Positions 56,601 through 64,000 of a DNA stretch of 64,000 nt are shown one piece after another. The stretch is from the human T2T-CHM13v2.0 reference genome, Homo sapiens. Every line of letters begins with the position of its first letter. Positions within the stretch are counted from its first letter, which is position 1. The notes under the pieces are model-generated. The model saw only the letters and a program-made list of their open reading frames with translations, was not told the origin of the DNA and searched no databases. The stretch lies in contig CP068257.2 of assembly GCA_009914755.4 (NCBI GenBank), positions 16,672,001 to 16,736,000 of the forward strand. The letters are read 5' to 3'. A program made the translations under genes and the position numbers.

Positions 56601-59600
56601 GAGAACCTGATAGTGCAAATGACCATGAATGAAGCAGGATAGGTTTTCAGGAAAAAATATATGACCCAGTTGTGGATGAGTAGGATGACTGGGTGTTTAG
56701 GATTGTGACTTATTAGACTGTGCAGTGCTTTCTAGTGCAGCATCAGAAAAAAAAATCTAAGTAGAACATAAATGAGCCTGTCAAATTATAGCAGCCATTC
56801 GATTGCACTATCAGAAATGTTGCCTGTAATAGGATGGAACACATAAGGGTAAGCACTTAGGACCCACGAAGAACTCCCTCTGCTGGCTGAATATTCACTA
56901 ATTGTGTCTTTGCTCATGGCATTCAAATCTCCAGGATATATAAATCAAACATGATCTATGCTCACCCACCAAGCTGTATTATGCATATACACGTGAGGCA
57001 TACAAACTATGAGAACACTTGCCAACTTCCAAAGAGTTAAGCATTGGCTTAAAGGCTGTGAATCAGCATCTTTCCTTTTCATAGGTCAGCTAAAAAGTGA
57101 ACTTTCCTGCTGATGTAATTCTAATCAGAAGACGAAAACAATTTAAAGAAATCTTGTTTCAGCTATAGTCAGCTGTAAGTGTGCAAACCTAAATAACTAA
57201 AGAGTAAAAGAGGAAGTTGCATGAGGAAGACAATGTTAGTATGACTATCAATAACACAAACCAGAATTAGAGCTCACAGCTGGAGCAAAAAAATAAATAA
57301 ATCAATAAGAGAGAGAGAGAGAGTAAAGGTAAACTTCATATTGGAAAAATTCTCTTAAATTAGTTTTATAAATTTTTCCATGAATATAGATTGATGGACA
57401 GTGGCTTTCAGGTGGAAATAATGCTGCTGGAAGTTTGAGCTGGTGCTGAAAGTCATTAGGCTTGTGGGCTCACCATAATCAATGAATGAAGCAACTTAAA
57501 ATGAATAAAGCAACTTGTACTCTTAAATTCTCTCTGGATAAAAATAGATTCATTGATTGATTTAAACAATATTATCCCACAAATAATTCGAATTTATTTA
57601 CCAAAATAGATATAATACTTACTTAAACAAAAAAAAAAAAAAAAAAGAAAATCAAGAAAATGGAAAGTGACGGTGTGTAAGCTTGAGAGAGTTAGTGACA
57701 TGAAAGGCTGGTCACTACTAAGGTTCAATTAACAAAAAGTCTTCATGTTACTAAAAAGTAACAACGCAGTTTGACTATATTTTTAAAGCAAATTAAGATA
57801 ATTACTTCCATTCTAATACTGAGGCTCATCTCCTGAGTTTAGAGTGGCTCATAAAAATGATTCATAGCATTAAAACTTATTTTAGGACAAATTATCACAC
57901 TTACATGATATTCCTATGGTTCATTTTTATATGCACTGATATTAGTTCATCATGAAAATTATGAACTCCATGAGCATAATAACAAAATAATAGGTACAGT
58001 ACATTTTTCAATTATTTGATTCATATATTTTGGTAGTTATGCCTTTTCCTCTATTTAAGGATATTGATCATCATTATATTGGCTTAAAGCCATGTGTCTA
58101 AGTTGACATACACTATTATTTTTGAAACAGAAATCAGCATCACCTTTGTTACCTCATGATGGCACACTTGCATCATATTCTCCCTGAAAAGATTTTGGAA
58201 AATGCCTGAAAGCCACAGCAAAGCAAGAACATTGCTTTCTTCTTCTTTGAGTAACTTAGTTATATAAAATAGATTAAAAATATTCCGCAGCCTGCACTTT
58301 CTTCCAATATGTTCTGAGTGTACTTCAAAGTCTGTAGTTAAACTTTAAAGGTCTGAATTTTATCCAAGAACATTTGCATCGGGATTGCTTAGTGGAAATC
58401 TCTGTAGTAGAGTTGCCTTTCATTGAGTTGGTACCGGGAAACAGACCAAATGCCTGGCTTTTAAAATGTGTACTAAGTGGATAGGTAGCTTTTAAAACTT
58501 TGGTCGTTATTAGAATATTCATCTTTAATTACTATCAAGCAAGATGAGAAAAGTGTAACAAATAATAGAAAAGTGTAGCAAATAGTAACTATGGTCTTTA
58601 ACACACTTTGGGCACTAACTGTATTTATAGTCAGTTTTAAAACTGATTATAAGCCATACCAAAAAATGTGCAGTTAATACTGTTAAATAAAACAAAATAT
58701 CAGTTAGACTTATCCAAAGTCAGCAGTCTCCCCTTATCCACAGGGGATATTTTCTAAGACCTCCAGTGGATGCCTGAACCATGGATAGTACTGACCCCTA
58801 TATCTACTATGTTTTTTCCTATACATACACACCTACCATAGGAGATTAACAGCAATAATCACTAATAAAATAGAACAATTATAACAATACTCAGAATGAT
58901 GTGCAATTTTATACTTATACATTGTTTATTTCTGGAATTTTCCATTTACTGTGTGTCCTGTGGTTGACAGCAGGTAGTTGAAACTGTGGAAACCACTAAT
59001 AAGGGAGAACTACTGTAGTTCTATGTGGAAATCTTCTTAAATGTGTTACACACAGAAACAAATTACCTATTTAGATGCTGCTTTCTAGTAAACTTTTCTA
59101 AGTGGAATCCAGCTATGAAATGAAGAAATAAGTAAAAGAGTAAATACGTTTAAATCAACTAGAGCCATGCTTGGTATATGGTAACTGCTACTTAAGTGTC
59201 AAATAGTAATAATAATGGTAAAATAATGTTATTGTCATTAACACTCAAAAAATGCCAAAATATACAAATGAAACACAGAAGTTTTACTTATGAGGCATTA
59301 AGTTCTTATTCATATCTTATTTCTACTATTTATAGAACTACAAGAGGCAAATAAAAGGAACAGTCAAAATTTTAATATGGTGCTCAGTGAGTTAGGTACT
59401 GTTAAAATGTTGAAAGAAAAAGACTGATATGATAGTGAAAAAACATGAAAACCATTAGTAAGAAGTGAGAATGTCTATCACAGAAGTCAAATTAATAATA
59501 GTTTGGATTAGTTTAATATAGAGAAGAGATGAAAATGTAGCAACACCCATCCCCACATTTATGACAGACATTGTTAATCACATCTTCCTTTCTGTAGTGA

Positions 59601-59755
59601 TCAAATGGAATTCTGTTTAATTAATTAATATCTTTAATATTATTTATAAAGTTTAGGAAAATATTAATAAAATTATTTTAAGATTTTGTATTATATTTTA
59701 AAAATAGCTATTTAAATAGCTCATTCTTCAGTAGTTTCAGGTATTTGAGATTAGA

Positions 59756-59757
<2 letters not shown>

Positions 59758-59807
<50 letters not shown>
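59758..59807. repeat. Perfect (GT)25 microsatellite, (AC)25 on the gene strand, at intronic positions +54 to +103 from the donor of the LDLa-1 exon
   Basis: gtgtgt…(50 nt uninterrupted) seen directly. The exon 3' end is at 59861 on the minus strand. Confidence 0.97.
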
Positions 59808-59808
<1 letters not shown>

Positions 59809-59860
59809 TACAGTGAGGGAGGATAAAACAGAAGGGGAGAGAGTAGGGGGGAGAACTTAC

Positions 59861-59992
59861 CACACATTTTATTGTCTTCGTCAGAACCATCTGGACAGTT
59901 TACTTCTCCATCACAAAATAAATCAGCTTTTATACACGTTAGAGCATCAGTACAAGGACTTGAACCAGGCAGGCACTCTATTGAGACATTTC
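59861..59992 (-). CDS. TMPRSS15: TMPRSS15 exon: LDL-receptor class A repeat 1 (G)NVSIECLPGSSPCTDALTCIKADLFCDGEVNCPDGSDEDNKMC; symmetric phase 1-1
   Basis: Acceptor attttttaaag|GAAATGTCTC and donor AAAATGTGTG|gtaagt. LDLa signature CDGEVNCPDGSDE. The upstream SEA-domain exons were not found in 59993-64000. Confidence 0.9.
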
Positions 59993-61859
59993 CTTTAAAA
60001 AATAACTGAAATTAATTTCCAATTGATGAGATATGTACAATGTTTAAATATTTAATAGGCCTTTTTGCCACTGGGGTTCTTACTTATAAGTATGTTCTTC
60101 AACTGCCATAGGAATATTTATTTCATTTGCAAATCAATCATTTGTAAAATTAGAGCATTTTAAATTTTGAAATTTCATGTGGGGCAATTTTGGAAAGCTT
60201 ATCACATCATCTGCAACATCTAGCAGCCACTTCATTTACTCATAAGCTTATTATTTGAAAATATAGTGGCTTAAGTCAAGGTTTCCATTCTGTAGAGTAC
60301 ATTTACCAACCAAAGTCATTTTAAAGTAAGATAAGCACTTAAAATTCCCAGTGCATTGTGACATTGAACAATGAAGAAACCTAATAGCTATTTCTGTTCA
60401 GTATCTCTTTGTTCCTTGGGTCAGAGATTCTTAGGGGGTACACTGTAAACACACCCCTGCGGGGTTTCATGCCATCTTCTGGAGGGTATCCGAAAAACTT
60501 GCACCTCTCAGCCTGACTTGTCCTTCACTTGCCCCACTTTCATAAACTTAAGTCTAGAGATGCACCAAGAAACACATTTTACTTCTAGAAATTAACTTGG
60601 GAAGTTTAAGAGCAATTCTGAAAATAAGCCATATTCTTATATGCCTACAAGATAAAGACTTTTAAAAAAAATTTTTAGGCCAGTGTGGAAATTTGAATAC
60701 TTCTGCCTCTGAATATAACAACAATGATGGTGAAAAGTTTTGGAACTCTTTAACTCATCAGCATTTTTTTTTCTTTTTGGTTGTTGTTCTTAATCTTAAA
60801 GCCAGAACTGTATTGCCATCTGCTGGGTTTTCAAAATATGAAAATCTGAAATTTCTCCTTCTGCTCTATAAAATTAATTGGAAAATAAAAATGCCCATGT
60901 CAATGAATCTACTAAGTTACTTCTTAATTAAAAACTTTTATAGATTTTTGCTGAGTCTACATACAACTAAATTAGACATTTGTAACTGGCTGTAATTAAA
61001 ATGAATATAAACCAATGGGAAATTCATGGAACGCCCAACATCTAAAATTATAGGACAGAGTAAAGATCAAAGCCATTCTCAAATGATAGAGTACTCCCAT
61101 GTAGGAGAATAATAAATAATAATAAAAATATTATTTAATAAACTCAAATGCATATATTTGTTGATATTTAAGAGCTATTCATCAAAAGTCCTTAACCATT
61201 GAGTTATTAATCCAGAAAACACATATTTCATAGAATCTCATACATGCTTTATAAATAAATAAACCAAATAAAGCACTATACTTAAAACTGTGTCTTATTT
61301 TACAAGTAGCTAATAGAATTCCAAGTATTCAGCATTTCAAAGATGAATTTGGGATACAGCTAGGAACATATATCACTTTGGCTGTCCTAATGCTTCTCAT
61401 GGGAGCTCCACTTCCTGATGTATCACATCTCTGTTCAGTATCTGTTGAACTCTTGATTAGACCCCAAAACCACACCAGCAAGTCATACCACTTGGACTTG
61501 ACTGATCTCATGATTAATCATTTATTGACCCCACAAGTATTTATTTTGTACACATTTTTGTCATGGAATTTTAAGAGACAGAGATAAAAGAATGAGTAAG
61601 GCAGAGCCTCTCTCTTTTTATGAAGCTTCAAGTTAAGTGGGGGGAAATTGTTTATGTACAAATTATATTTTAAAGAGAGATTTAAAAAGTGCTATGGGGG
61701 CATCAAAGTTTAAGCAATTAGTTTCCTTCTAAGGCAAGAATTAAAGACATTTTTACAGAAATGGTCATATTTCAATTAGTTTTTGATGTACACCTAGAAA
61801 GGCACCAGGAGGAGAGAGATATGGAATGTATTTAGTGATGTGTGAAGAGTACATCAATA

Positions 61860-62174
<315 letters not shown>

Positions 62175-64000
62175 GAGTACATCAATATATGAGAAACAGA
62201 TGAGTCTCACTAACATAGATGGTGGGATGTTTATGGAAGGCATAGTAGGAAGGCAGTTTGGTACCAGATTCTAGGAAACCTTTTTATCTTTGTTAAGTGT
62301 TAGAAATACTTTTCAATAGGTGATGGCATTGGAAGATTTTACATATATCTGCAATATGATCAGTCCATGTTTCATAAAGGCAATTGTTGGACCATGTGAA
62401 ACACCACTTGAATAAGACCACTCGAGAAGCAGTTTCAATGGTCCACATGAAAGATGAGGGCTAGAACTCTCACAATGGCAGAGGAGATGGGACATGGACT
62501 CAATTACTACTTTACAGGTAAAATTGATGAGCTTCAGTGACTACGTTTGCTTCTGAACAAGATTAGTGGAGGTGAAGAATGGGATGCTAAGGAATTGGCA
62601 GTTGAATTACTGAAAAGGCCATTTGGGTTACTAATGGCCATTAGTCGCAATAGTGATTATGAGATGAACAAATTGTGGGGTTAGAAACTTGAGTCTAGTT
62701 GGAAGTATTTTGAATTTAAGTTGGAATATTAGGTATTGTTTTAAGTTGCACTCTGTCTCTCTCCAAACTATTTCATAAACATTCTTCAACTGACTTGGTC
62801 CATGAGGAAACAGAAGTTTTCTGTATTAAAACTAGTATGAAAAATATGAATGTGATTCTTATGCAATGGTAGTGAGTTTTAAAATTTTTGTCAAATTGTA
62901 TTTTTACTGAGTCTTCTCTCACTCTTTCATTTCCTACATGAATATATATTATTACAATTTCTAAGAAAAATCATCAATTAAAACATTAGCTGTTATACCC
63001 AGCCAGATGCCAGTTTAATTTAAATGGTTTTGCACTCTCAAACTAGAATTATTGACTTCAGTATTACTTGGTTTGTATTTCATTACTTAATTTTTGTTCT
63101 AATATTTCTTTTTTTCTAAGAAGTCTGTACCAAATTGTGTTCCCAACAGAAAATTTTTAGGAAAGGAGTTTATCAATTCTAGTTAAAGAAAAGTAAATGA
63201 AGAGAATAATAATTGGTTTCATTTATTAAAAGCTAATCAAATTTCCTTCATATTAGGCATTATTAACTCAGTGGGAAAAAGTGCACTTGTTTTCTGTAAT
63301 CTATGTGGTATTTTACCTTCAGGACACTAACTTTTGACATATTATGAAAACACACCAGTAGATTAGTATTACTTGGAATTCTGCAAATAGGCTTTAATTA
63401 TTCATTTGTATTGTAACATGAAGAATTCGGTATACACTCAAAGATGATTATTTCAGAGTGATCCAATGTCCAAAAAATTTCCAGTGATTTGACATTAGGA
63501 ACCTCCTGTGCCTACGGAGAGCAGGCTCTGTGCTAGGCATCATGGAGAGTAAAAAGACTAAAATCCATTATTTTTCGCCTTCCAAATAATTTGTAAGAGA
63601 TGTTACATACAACATGAGTAAATTGAAACCATGGTTTGGAAATCATAGATTTTTATTGTCCCTACAATTTGAAAAGGGATAATAGTACTTGGTGGCCAAA
63701 ACTGGTTAAGACAAATTAAGCTCAAGATCCTGATAGCTTACTCAATAGGAAAAGCAGAATCTTCATCCATGAATGTTTGCCTTTAGAGGCCAGTGTTATT
63801 TCACTATGTTATATTGGAAAATAGATATCACCTTACAGAAATTCTCATTTACTGTGTAGAACAAATCTAGTTTTTTTTTTTTAAATTTTATTGTAAGCAA
63901 GACTATGTCTTTTCAATCCAAATGAAATTATTGGTAGAAAGATTCTTAGTAGTCTTGATACCATGTGAGTAGGAACGTCTTAAATTAGAGGAGAGTGCTT

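Overview
This window reads as human (hominid) nuclear DNA, not a prokaryotic locus. It is AT-rich and carries about a dozen Alu elements, several antisense L1 3' fragments, three MaLR-type solo LTRs, a MIR and many microsatellites. The six-frame ORF track therefore mostly reports repeat artefacts and chance ORFs. Reading the minus strand for splice signals instead gives 13 exons whose phases all join. They translate to a continuous ~545-aa module series: LDLa, CUB, MAM, CUB, LDLa, then the start of an SRCR domain. That is the heavy-chain architecture of enteropeptidase (TMPRSS15, chr21q21), and the translated peptides match the human enteropeptidase sequence as I remember it; two ORF-track entries (31073..31291 and 29047..29229, minus) are fragments of it. 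The SEA-domain exons and the protease domain lie outside the window. I found no CRISPR array, operon, rRNA or tRNA, and no new 'system'. The points worth a second look are intronic: an (AC)25 tract 54 nt downstream of a donor site; a ~40-unit (ATGGG)n tract with G-quadruplex potential on the sense strand; a ~290-bp polypyrimidine/polypurine mirror tract; an L1-tail-derived tandem array 84 bp from an acceptor; a palindromic MITE-like element; and several young Alu insertions with intact target-site duplications, one of the human-specific AluYb lineage. All coordinates were hand-counted from the printed sequence; repeat boundaries are approximate (about +/-5 bp).
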